From Candidatus Bathyarchaeota archaeon (GTDB lineage Archaea; Thermoproteota; Bathyarchaeia; 40CM-2-53-6): 64,000 nucleotides of DNA. Made by a program: the position numbers and the translations under genes. Below, in pieces: positions 51,933-60,895 of the stretch. The notes beneath the pieces were generated by a model. It was given only the letters and a program-made list of their open reading frames with translations. It ran no database searches and was not told the origin of the DNA. Where the stretch lies: positions 64,001-128,000 of the forward strand of contig CAVPLU010000004.1 of NCBI GenBank assembly GCA_963706285.1. Reading direction: 5' to 3'. Within the stretch, counting starts at the first letter, position 1. Each line of letters begins with the position of its first letter.

Positions 51933-52234
51933 CTTGTTTGGTCACTATGGAAGATATTGTGAAAGCGCTCAAGGAATGCTACGACCCTGAGATACCAGTC
52001 AACGTCTGGGATCTAGGCCTGATCTACGACGTGAACGTGGATGGAGACAAAGTGCATGTGAAGATGACGCTCACCGCGCCAGGATGCCCGATGCACTCGT
52101 TCATCTCAAAAGAGGTCAAAGAAAAGATCCAAAGCGTAAGCGGAGTGAAAGAAGCAAGTGTCGAGGTTGTCTGGGATCCGCCTTGGAGTCCTGACAAGAT
52201 GAGCCCAGAAGCCCGAGCCCAACTTGGCGTCTAG
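51929..52234 (+). CDS. DUF59 / SufT-like Fe-S assembly protein
   Basis: YDPEIPVNVWDLGLIY, MTLTAPGCP, VWDPPW. Confidence 0.94.
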   Translation: MTCLVTMEDIVKALKECYDPEIPVNVWDLGLIYDVNVDGDKVHVKMTLTAPGCPMHSFISKEVKEKIQSVSGVKEASVEVVWDPPWSPDKMSPEARAQLGV

Positions 52235-52285
52235 AGCGGCTTGGAAGTCTGGAGTGTAGCAGAAACTCGATCGTGAGCGTTGGAG

Positions 52286-52450
52286 CTACTTGGCTCCGAG
52301 CTCACGTTTCTTCCAGCGAAGGTTGTGACCCTTACACTTACGGCAACCTGTCGCCGCTTTCGCGTTTCTCGCTCCGCAGTCGCGACACACCTTATAGTGT
52401 AGTCTATGTTCCTGTGCAAGTTGTTTCTTGGCTACGTCTGTTATCGGCAA
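52286..52450 (-). CDS. rpl40e: 50S ribosomal protein L40e
   Basis: KVCRDCGARN...ATGCRKC...NLRWKK; start re-called at TTG (PITD). Confidence 0.95.
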   Translation of the reverse strand: MPITDVAKKQLAQEHRLHYKVCRDCGARNAKAATGCRKCKGHNLRWKKRELGAK

Positions 52451-52530
52451 TGCTGGATCGCCTTGAGGCTTCGGCCTTACTGCCAAGGGCTCAGATATAT
52501 CTTCTGCGAAGTTCTCTCAGGCTGTGTCAA

Positions 52531-53160
52531 TTGGAGGATTCGCCGACGAGCGATAGCGTAGAGTCGAGCATTCGAGACCTTCACGGGAAGATCTCGGTTT
52601 GCACGCTTTGTCGGCTCTCGCAGACTCGGCAGAAGGCGGTTCCTGGAGAGGGGCCTGCGAACGCAAAGGTCATTTTGATCGGTGAGGGGCCAGGCCGGCA
52701 GGAAGATCTTGAAGGTCGCCCCTTCGTCGGCAGAGCTGGCAAATTCCTAGACGAATGTCTCAAATCGATCGGTCTCCAGCGAGAACAAATATTCGTCACA
52801 AATATCGTCAAATGTCGCCCCACCGAGAAAGCTCGCAACTGGGTTAAAGATCGAAAACCCGCCACGGATGAGATAGACGCCTGCAAACCCTACTTGGACA
52901 AGCAAATCGAACTTCTCAAGCCAGAGGTCATTTGCACGCTCGGCGACACAGCAAGGTCCCAGATCTTCAAGCGATTCGGGTTAGAAGAGGACACAATCGG
53001 GCACGTGCATGGGCGCTTGTTTCTGGCAGGGAGCATGAGGATAGCGCCTCTGTATCATCCCGCGGCGGCGCTTTATGACAACAGCCTCCGCCAAATAATC
53101 ATGATCGACTTCCAGAATCTACGACAAGTGCTTTCGCAGAGCAAGCTCACAAACTTCTAA
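52531..53160 (+). CDS. udg: Uracil-DNA glycosylase family 4
   Basis: CTLCRL, GEGPG..ED..GRPFVG.AG, TNIVKCRP, HPAA. Confidence 0.95.
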   Translation: MEDSPTSDSVESSIRDLHGKISVCTLCRLSQTRQKAVPGEGPANAKVILIGEGPGRQEDLEGRPFVGRAGKFLDECLKSIGLQREQIFVTNIVKCRPTEKARNWVKDRKPATDEIDACKPYLDKQIELLKPEVICTLGDTARSQIFKRFGLEEDTIGHVHGRLFLAGSMRIAPLYHPAAALYDNSLRQIIMIDFQNLRQVLSQSKLTNF

Positions 53161-53191
53161 AGCATAGATCAGCAAGAGAAACACTATGAAT

Positions 53192-53292
53192 GGGCCGGTA
53201 GTCCAGCTCGGTTAAGTGACGCTGCCCTCACACCCACACGTGAACGGTGAGAACGGCAGAGGTCGAGGGTTCAAATCCCTCCCGGCCCACCA
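53192..53292 (+). tRNA. tRNA-Val(CAC) with a 21-nt intron at 37/38 (53233-53253) and encoded CCA
   Basis: GGGCCGG/CCGGCCC acceptor stem; CTGCC/GGCAG anticodon stem; BHB motif CTCA/TGAG with bulges CAC and AAC; GAGGG-TTCAAAT-CCCTC T arm. Confidence 0.95.
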
Positions 53293-53407
53293 GAAGCATA
53301 GCTGCGCCGCCGGCAACGAAGAGTCGAGTTTTTCTGGTCAGTGCAGCGTTGAGTTTCTCCAGTTCCGTTTCAATGTATTGCCTGTTGAATGTCTGATTTC
53401 GGATCAA
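53293..53407 (-). pseudogene. N-terminal remnant of a DUF6036/AbiEii-like nucleotidyltransferase, truncated at the tRNA-Val 3' end
   Basis: TTG overlapping the upstream TGA; MIRNQTFNRQYIETELEKLNAALTRKTRLFVAGGAAML then runs into antisense tRNA. Confidence 0.65.
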
Positions 53408-54310
53408 ATCCGGACACCGTAGTCTTTGGCTCTTTCGGCGAATTCATTCCAATTCGGGAGAACGGTGTTATTTTGTGGCTCATGACTGCCCAGAAAGTGT
53501 AACATTCCTTCGACTTGATCTCGAAGACCGAGTCTCTCTGCCGTTGCAAGGAGATAGTCTGGATTAGTCTTCGCCTTTGCCATCAGGATTAGGGCGTATG
53601 TGACGTTGGTGACTCCGTCTATGAGAATGGTGTGCAGTACAATATCTTCAGGCCTAAGCGCTCTCCTTAGTGGAGAGAAATAGTAGTATTCCACGTCGGA
53701 AATCAGAGGGATACCATAGGTTGCCAATGCCGTCGTTGCGGTAGGCTTGAACCGCTTGTCCCTGATTGCAGTTCCAGCTGCCACGCGAATAATGAACTGA
53801 GAGCCGAAGGCCCAGACTATTGCTGCGTTTTCGGAAACCTGTGCTGCCAGTTTCAAATTGATGAAATTCACGAATTCACGGATGAACTCGGTGATCTTGT
53901 CAAACCTTGGGTTGACGGTTTGGCCCTCTGCCTCAGGGATGATTATGCCATGCGCCATCAGGTTCCTCATAGCTCTCCACTCAGTTACTCTTGAGACCGA
54001 GGTTGTTGCAACATTTTCAAGCTTGAGTAGAGGGTGAATCTGAGAGTCTGCCAGAATCGACTCCCAAGGCACGTGGGGATAGGCTAGGAACAATTCTTTG
54101 AGAAGCTGGGCATGCTTTGCTTGACTGAGCTCAACCATCTTGCGCATCCCCGCCCTTTTCGTAGCAACGAACCCTTTGGCTTGGAGTTTCTCGACAGCCG
54201 CTGTTGCCGTTGGCTGGGATTTTCCAATGCGCTTAGCCAACTCGGACACGGAGGCTGACGATTGTGTTAGCTCTTTCAGTATCTCTAGCTCAGTTCTTGA
54301 GAACTCGTAT
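53404..54310 (-). CDS. Winged-HTH protein, putative antitoxin/regulator partner of the nucleotidyltransferase (start uncertain)
   Basis: In-frame FSRTELEILKEL...SVSELAKRIGKSQPTAT..VEKL..KGFV; C-terminal LPNWNEFAERAKDYG. Confidence 0.75.
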
Positions 54311-54503
54311 GCCGGCCCACCACCTTTTGGGTTCAGAAGCTCGAGGATATCAAGAAGATATCTTGCGGACGGAAACCCTGAACCGAGCAGTCAAGAATAT
54401 GATGAACTGTCGAACGCCAGATGGCGATCAATCATCTAGACGGGCCAGGCATTCATGCGAGGTAGTGACTCACATTTTTCCACCGTTGATGAGAGCTGTC
54501 AAA

Positions 54504-54537
54504 GCGGCACCTCTTTCCCGGGGGGCGGCACCTCTTT
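54504..54537. repeat. 13-bp direct repeat, two copies, 21-bp period
   Basis: GCGGCACCTCTTT at 54504 and 54525. Confidence 0.8.
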
Positions 54538-54896
54538 GGAGGATGCGATCGTGCACCATGTCGCGCACGTATTTCGACTCGCGCGCCGGATTGAAGAGCG
54601 AATGCTTTGATCAATGCAATATATCCCAGACTGCATCCGTACCTGAAGAAGAAAATGACGAAACGTCCAGTAACAACCCCAATGTTCGCAACAGATCTCA
54701 AAACACAATAGAATGATCCCCATTCTATCCTTCGCCGGCTCAAACAACTGCATGATGTAGACTGGAGCGCACGTCTCCTGTTGCGGATGCGTATAGTCGC
54801 TCAAATCTGAACCGTTAGGAGCGGATTCGAATATCCGTGATTGACGAGGACGGGCGCGAAGGTACAAGTGCCGAAAACGGGCGATCCACGCACCAT

Positions 54897-56020
54897 TTAT
54901 CGACCTGTTAGGTTGTCTTTCTCATTATGTAGGATAGCGAGCCTCATCAAGGCTTGCTCGTACACTGCGATTGCGGCTAGATAGTCTTCGATGACGATCT
55001 CTTCTTGGTCTGTGTGATCTAGTCTAGAATCTCCTGGCCCATAAGCGATCATTGGAATCCGTATCTTCGATGCAAGAAGATTCATGTCTGAAGTTCCAGT
55101 CTTCTTAAGGAAAACTGGATTCTTACTTCTGACCTTTCTTATGGCCCATGAGAATGATTGTGCAAGCGTCGAGTCGGCATTCATCAGACATGCGCCAATA
55201 TGATCTACCATTTTCAATTTGACTGAAACGCCTGAGTTGTTTTTCCTATAGGATTTGATGGTTCCTCTGACGTTGTTCAATACGTCCGTAGACTTGAGTT
55301 CCGGCGGGATACGCACGTCTAGCGTGAGCGTGCATTCAGATGGAATCACGTTAACTGAAGTTCCGCCTCCAATGCTGGTCAGGCTGCCTGTTACCGAGTG
55401 GAAGCGAGATTCGCTGTTGCTGAAATCCACAAATCCCTTCTTCAGTAGGCTCCAGAGTTCCATCCCCTTCTCGATGGCATTATCTGACATCCACGGGGCC
55501 GCTGAATGCCCTGCCTTTGTAATGCATTTTAGCGTGAGACGAATGAAGCCCTTGTATCCAATTACGATATTCTCGGTGTTGCTGGGTTCTCCAAAGACAG
55601 CGTAATCCAGATCAAGCGAATCTGATTTGATGAAATTCTTTATGCCCGTGCTGTGGCTCTCTTCACTCACAACTCCCACCAGCAAAATTCTGCCGGGGAA
55701 TCTATCCTTCAGTCTTGAGGCTGCCACGATCATGGCCGCAAGAGGCGATTTAGCGTCAACTGCGCCTCTTCCCCGGATCTTCGTTCTCTCCAGCTTGATT
55801 TCCAGATTTCCTGGAACCGTGTCCATGTGTCCGCACAGATAGGACTCTCGGGTGACCCGTGGCCAGATTCGGCTATCACGTTTCCAACATCGTCTCTGCG
55901 TGAGTGAAAGCCAAGCTTCTTCGTCTCGGTCAAGAGAAAATTGGACAACTCGCTTTCTTGACCGGACGGGCTGTATAGCTCAAGCATGTTCTTCAGAAGG
56001 TTTACCGGGTAATCGTCCAC
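54897..56020 (-). CDS. lysK: [LysW]-ornithine/lysine hydrolase, M20 family (indels near 55840-55855)
   Basis: YSPSGQE...DDVGNVI, then CGHMDTVPG, GRGAVDAKSPL, GEPS, GTSDMN, YGPGDSRLDHT. Confidence 0.92.
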
Positions 56021-57200
56021 TCTCTTTCTCTCCGATGATTTCATCCAACACCTCGGCGGTTCGGTCTATGTGCGCCCGTGTGATAACAAGCGGCGGCAAG
56101 AAACGTAGCACGTTCCTACCCGCATCTAGCATCAGCACTCCTCTCTCCAATGATTCAAGAATCACTTCTCGGACATCAAAACGCATCTCCGCACCGATCA
56201 TGAGGCCAAGTCCTCTGACCTCTCTTATGATCGGATGATTCTCCCTCAAATGATTCAGTTTCGAGGCAAGGTACTCTCCCTGGACACGTGCCTTTTCGGG
56301 AAGATTCTCTTGCTCAAGAACGCCAATCGTTGCTGCTGCGGCGGCGCATGCAATGGGGTTGCCGCCATAGGTAGTTGAGTGCTCTCCCACCTTCAGGCTT
56401 GACATAATCTCATTCTTGGAAAGTGTCAGGCCTATTGGAATGCCGCCGGCTACGCCTTTGGCTAAGCAGGTGATATCCGGAACTATTCCAGAATGCTGAA
56501 AGGCAAAGAGTTTTCCTGTTCTTCCAAATCCTGTTTGGATCTCATCGACGATTAACAAGATTCCTTTCTCGTTACAGAGTTCCCGCAACTGTTTGAGGAA
56601 ATCGTTCGGGGGAAACCTGACTCCGCCCTCTCCCTGGATCGGTTCAGTTATCACGGCCGCAGTATCCGTGCCGATATTTTCTTTCAGCTTCTCGATGTTG
56701 CCGAAAGGAACATGTTTCATCTGGGGAACTAGTGGCATGAACGGGTCTCTGTACTTCTTATCCCATGTTACTGATAGGGCGCCGAATGTTTTTCCGTGAT
56801 AGGCGCCCATCATTGCGATGATCTCTTTCTTTCCAGTGTATTTTCTAGCGAGTTTGAGAGCGCACTCAATCGCTTCAGCGCCGCTATTCGACAGAAACAC
56901 TTTGTCTAAACCGTTGGGAGCTATGTTCGCGATTCTCTGCAGCAGCTCCGATCTGGAGTCGTTGTACATGAACCCATGGCATGAGGTGAGCTTCTCGCTC
57001 TGGTTCCTTATCGCCTCAACTACTCTTGGGTGGCAGTATCCGACTATGCATGAACCATAGCTTCCCGCACAATCGATGTACTCCTTGCCATCCTCATCCC
57101 AAAGTAGGTCTGCGCTTCCCTTCACAATCACGACTGGGCGTTTGGCGTATACGTTCGCCATGATCCTCTGTTCGGTCGCGATGATCTGGTCTCTATCCAT
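55980..57200 (-). CDS. lysJ: [LysW]-semialdehyde aminotransferase (class III)
   Basis: NSGAEAIE, EPIQGEGG, DEIQTGFGRTG, AKG, TYGGNP. Confidence 0.93.
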   Translation of the reverse strand: MDRDQIIATEQRIMANVYAKRPVVIVKGSADLLWDEDGKEYIDCAGSYGSCIVGYCHPRVVEAIRNQSEKLTSCHGFMYNDSRSELLQRIANIAPNGLDKVFLSNSGAEAIECALKLARKYTGKKEIIAMMGAYHGKTFGALSVTWDKKYRDPFMPLVPQMKHVPFGNIEKLKENIGTDTAAVITEPIQGEGGVRFPPNDFLKQLRELCNEKGILLIVDEIQTGFGRTGKLFAFQHSGIVPDITCLAKGVAGGIPIGLTLSKNEIMSSLKVGEHSTTYGGNPIACAAAAATIGVLEQENLPEKARVQGEYLASKLNHLRENHPIIREVRGLGLMIGAEMRFDVREVILESLERGVLMLDAGRNVLRFLPPLVITRAHIDRTAEVLDEIIGEKESGRLPGKPSEEHA

Positions 57201-58002
57201 GAACAATCACTGTCCCCGTTTTGCCGCTCAACGATTTTGAGATGGGGTCTTCCTGTAGTCCTGACATCACGACGGCTTGGCCAACACCCATTTTGACGGC
57301 TTCGACTGCCGCGTGAATCTTGGTTATCATTCCTTTTCCTATTCCTGGTAGAGTTGACTCTGCTTCTTGCAGCGTCAGTCTTGGAACCAGGCTGCCATTC
57401 AGGACAAGCCCTTCCACATCGGTTAGCAAGACGAGTCTCTCAGCTCTCAAGCTTCCCGCTATGTGAGCTGCCATGCGGTCTCCGTCAACGTTCAGCTCCT
57501 CGAATTCTTCGCTGATGACAATTGGGGCAACAACAGGAGTGTATCCATTCTCAAGCAGAAGGTTGATGAGCCTGGGGTCTACACTCTCAATCTTGCCGGT
57601 ATAGCTGTCATCAACCAGTCTTTTTCTGCCGGTTTCGTTCACTGCAATGATCTGTTTCTTTCTGCTTGCTCTTACAGACGCTCCATCGATTCCAGTGATG
57701 CCGACAGCTTGTACTCCTTGCGCCAAGAAGGATGATACGATTCGTTTGTTTATCTTCCCCGCCATCACCATCGTGAAGATTTCCATTGTGTCCTTGTCAG
57801 TGTAGCGGCTCTTGAAGCCATCAGGGGAAACTAGAAACTGTTGTTCCTTTCCCATCTTTGAGGCGATCTGTGTGACTTTGTTTCCGCCGCCGTGAACTAG
57901 TACTATCTTGGTTTGGGAGAGGCTTCGTTTGATATCCGCGATGAAGGATTCTGTCATTCCTTCGTCGAGCACGGTACCTCCTACCTTCACAACTGTGATC
58001 AT
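57193..58002 (-). CDS. lysZ: [LysW]-glutamate/aminoadipate kinase
   Basis: VKVGG, VHGGG, SPDGFKSRYTD, NVDGDR, GMITK. Confidence 0.94.
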   Translation of the reverse strand: MITVVKVGGTVLDEGMTESFIADIKRSLSQTKIVLVHGGGNKVTQIASKMGKEQQFLVSPDGFKSRYTDKDTMEIFTMVMAGKINKRIVSSFLAQGVQAVGITGIDGASVRASRKKQIIAVNETGRKRLVDDSYTGKIESVDPRLINLLLENGYTPVVAPIVISEEFEELNVDGDRMAAHIAGSLRAERLVLLTDVEGLVLNGSLVPRLTLQEAESTLPGIGKGMITKIHAAVEAVKMGVGQAVVMSGLQEDPISKSLSGKTGTVIVHG

Positions 58003-58008
58003 GGTTTT

Positions 58009-59061
58009 TCACGCTGGGTGAAGTGGAGGTGTCTTCAGTCCAGTCTTCTCATCCAATCCGTACATGATGTTCAGGCATTGAACGGCTTGTCCGGCTGCTC
58101 CTTTGACTAGATTGTCGATGGCTGAGAAGATGACTAGTCGGTTCACGTGGTCGTCTAGTTCGAAGCCGATATCGCAGAAATTGGATCCCACGACCACTTT
58201 GGGGTCGGGCAGTCTGTAGAGCCCTTCGCTATCTTTGACAAATCGGATGAATGGTTCATTCTTGTAGAACGAGCGGTAACTCTTCCAGATATCAAGATCG
58301 CTGGACTTCTGGGTCAGGAACACGTGAATGGTTGCTAGTATTCCGCGGACGGAGTTGACGGCGTGTGGTGAGAATGAAATCTTCACAGGCTGGTTGGTGA
58401 GTTGGTTCAGTTCTTGTTCAATTTCTGCGATGTGTCTATGGCCTATGGTTTTGTATGGTCTCACGCCGCCGAATCGTTCAGCGTGATGTGACGCGATCGA
58501 AGGTTCCGACCCTGACCCTGAGGATCCCACCTTCAAGTCAACGACTATTCTTTCCTTCTCAATCATGTTGTCCTTCACGGGAGGTGCAAGGGCTAAGATG
58601 GCTGATGTCGCCATGCATCCTGGCACGCCAATTAGGTCAGCTTTTCTAATTTCCTCCCTGTGCAGCTCCGGCAATCCGTAGGTGGCCTTACTCAGAAGTT
58701 GAGCGTTGGTGTGTTCCCAACCATACCAGTGCGGGTAGTCCTGCGGATTTTTCAGACGGAAATCAGCGCTCATGTCTATGAGCTTCAGATTGGATTTCAA
58801 GAGTTCCGGGATGAGATCTTTGGATGCGCCGTGTGGCGTTGCTGTGAATACGACCTCGCACGTTTTTGCGATGTAGTCTACATCCAGTGGAGAGAACTTG
58901 AGCGTGGTATAGCCTCTCAGGTTTGGGTGTGCTTTGTGTACGTACTTTCCCGCGTGTTGTCTTGATACTATTGTCGTCAGGTCGACGTCAGGGTGGCCTA
59001 GGAGTATGCGTATGAGTTCACCGCCAATGTATCCTGACCCGCCGACTACTCCGACTTTCAA
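58009..59061 (-). CDS. lysY: [LysW]-glutamyl/aminoadipyl-phosphate reductase (ArgC-like)
   Basis: GGSGYIG, SADFRL, YGLPE, PGC, HRH..EI, DNLVKGAAGQA. Confidence 0.94.
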   Translation of the reverse strand: MKVGVVGGSGYIGGELIRILLGHPDVDLTTIVSRQHAGKYVHKAHPNLRGYTTLKFSPLDVDYIAKTCEVVFTATPHGASKDLIPELLKSNLKLIDMSADFRLKNPQDYPHWYGWEHTNAQLLSKATYGLPELHREEIRKADLIGVPGCMATSAILALAPPVKDNMIEKERIVVDLKVGSSGSGSEPSIASHHAERFGGVRPYKTIGHRHIAEIEQELNQLTNQPVKISFSPHAVNSVRGILATIHVFLTQKSSDLDIWKSYRSFYKNEPFIRFVKDSEGLYRLPDPKVVVGSNFCDIGFELDDHVNRLVIFSAIDNLVKGAAGQAVQCLNIMYGLDEKTGLKTPPLHPA

Positions 59062-59062
59062 T

Positions 59063-59917
59063 TTAATGCCTCGCCAAGTCGATCAAGTGGTCTAGGATCA
59101 GTCCGGGTACGTCTACGCCTGATGATTCTGTGAGGGCTTTGAACTCAGTTGTATAGTTTACTTCATGAACGACGAGTCCTCCGGGAGTTTCCATCACGTC
59201 AACTCCGAAGGCTCCTCCTCCCACCGCCTCCACAGCTTTCACGCACAACGCTTCGAGTTCTGGGGTTATCTTGCATGCTTCTGCTCGACCTCCTCTGGCA
59301 ACGTTGGTTCGCCATTCACCGGGTGAAGGGTATCGATACATCGCCGCGACGGCGTGGTCACCTATTACGAAGCATCTTATGTCTCGCAGAAGGTTTTGCA
59401 TCATCTCCTGGATGTAGAAGACTTGGTAAAGAGGGAACATGAATTCTCTCGTTTCTAGGATAGCTCTCGCGGAGTCCAAGTCCTTCAAAGGAGCGATCAG
59501 TCTTCCCCAGCTTCCCACGACTGGTTTCAGGATTGCAGGGTAACCGACTTTCTCGAGAGCCTTGATGGCTGAGTCTTCGGTGAAAGCTACGAGGGTTTTC
59601 GGCGTGGGCACTCCAGCTTTTGACAGTGCTATGGAGGTTAGGAGCTTGTTCCCGCAGACAACTGCGGTGTTGAACGAGTTTACGACCTTTACGCCGTTGT
59701 TCTCTAGCAGGGCGGTTACGTGCATACTCTTGAAGTAGCTCATCGACCTCTGGAGAACAACTTTCTCAAATTCGGTTTCGGGATCTCTGGCGGTGTCGAA
59801 AACTATTTCGTCCACATTGTGGACGTTCAGGTTCACACCCTTAGATTTGGCTGCCTCTATGATCATCCTCTCGTCGGGTCTAATGCGATCACAGAGCATC
59901 CCGAGCCGTACGGTCAC
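59063..59917 (-). CDS. lysX: LysW ligase of the LysX/ArgX family (ArgX-like signature)
   Basis: KPVVGSWGRL, YIQE, DIR, EWRTNVARGG, HEVN..EFK. Confidence 0.93.
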   Translation of the reverse strand: MTVRLGMLCDRIRPDERMIIEAAKSKGVNLNVHNVDEIVFDTARDPETEFEKVVLQRSMSYFKSMHVTALLENNGVKVVNSFNTAVVCGNKLLTSIALSKAGVPTPKTLVAFTEDSAIKALEKVGYPAILKPVVGSWGRLIAPLKDLDSARAILETREFMFPLYQVFYIQEMMQNLLRDIRCFVIGDHAVAAMYRYPSPGEWRTNVARGGRAEACKITPELEALCVKAVEAVGGGAFGVDVMETPGGLVVHEVNYTTEFKALTESSGVDVPGLILDHLIDLARH

Positions 59918-60088
59918 CTACTCTCCCCAATCTTCTTTTTCGATCAGGATTTTTTTCAGTTCGAGACTCTGACCTTCGATCTTTGCAACTTCGAGCTCTA
60001 GCCCGCAATCGGGGCAGCTCAGGATTTCCTTTAGCATTACATCGCTGGGCGCGTTTATCTCTGCGCCACATTCAGGACAACTAACCAT
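59918..60088 (-). CDS. lysW: Amino-group carrier protein LysW
   Basis: CPEC...CPDCGLELEV...EDWGE C-terminus; start re-called at MVSCPECG. Confidence 0.97.
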   Translation of the reverse strand: MVSCPECGAEINAPSDVMLKEILSCPDCGLELEVAKIEGQSLELKKILIEKEDWGE

Positions 60089-60148
60089 GCTGATTGTTGT
60101 AGCCTCCGTCTCCACTTTTGGTTTAGCCCCATGGGCGTTCATGATTCA

Positions 60149-60204
60149 TTAATAAATGTTGCGTGTAAGTGATGATTCCGCATAGAATATGTCGAAAATC
60201 GAAC
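60149..60204 (-). promoter_or_regulatory. lysW promoter (TATA-like TTTATTAA) with an upstream LysM/Lrp-type operator
   Basis: TTTATTAA at 60156-60149; semi-palindrome TGTCGAAAATCGAAC at 60190-60204. Confidence 0.6.
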
Positions 60205-60422
60205 GATACATTAACACGGTCGCCTCTGCCCGTAAGAGGCGTTTGTGCGGCTCAGGTTGAATAACCCAGACGAGCGTCAGCGATGGCCTAGCAGCGGAAA
60301 TCTGGTTCAGCGGCTCTCTGACTCGAAGATGATGGCGCAGCTTCGCGCAGGAAAAGGGAAACCACTGAGTCTTGATTCTTGGAGCCAATGTTATTACTTC
60401 ATTCCAAGACTAGATTCGCCAA

Positions 60423-60848
60423 GTGAAGTTCTTTTTGGACGAGGTTGATCGGAAGATTATTGATATCCTAAGACAGGACGCAAGGACCTCGCATGTTGAA
60501 CTGTCCAAGTCGCTGAGATTGACTGAGGGCGCGATCCGAAGGAGAATAAAGAGACTTGTGCAAGATGGTCAGATACGCAAGTTCACGATAGAGACTGCTG
60601 AAGAAGGGCCCGCAGCACTCATGTTGGTATCCGTCAGCCCCTCTGTACCCACCTCACAGATTTCCACGGCTTTGAAGAAGATGAAGGGAGTCAGGAGAGT
60701 CTATGAGGTCACTGGTGAATTTGACGTGATTGCATTCCTCTCAGCAAGCGATACTACATCACTAGATGCTTGTATTGAGAAGGCTAGGATGCTCGAGGGG
60801 ACCGCTCGCACCAATACCATGATGGTTCTCAAAGCAATGCAGAACTAG
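60423..60848 (+). CDS. lysM: Lrp/AsnC family regulator (LysM-like)
   Basis: LDEVDRKII..L..DAR, LTEGAIRRRIKRL...G.IRKFTI, YEVTGEFD; divergent from lysW. Confidence 0.88.
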   Translation: MKFFLDEVDRKIIDILRQDARTSHVELSKSLRLTEGAIRRRIKRLVQDGQIRKFTIETAEEGPAALMLVSVSPSVPTSQISTALKKMKGVRRVYEVTGEFDVIAFLSASDTTSLDACIEKARMLEGTARTNTMMVLKAMQN

Positions 60849-60895
60849 ATATGCTACCGATCTCAGGCGAACTGCTCCATTTGAAGTGTCGATGC

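Noticed and set aside
54264-54867. Three overlapping minus-strand ORFs of 96-150 aa
   Set aside because: Mutually overlapping, atypical composition and no motifs; treated as non-coding or decayed DNA.
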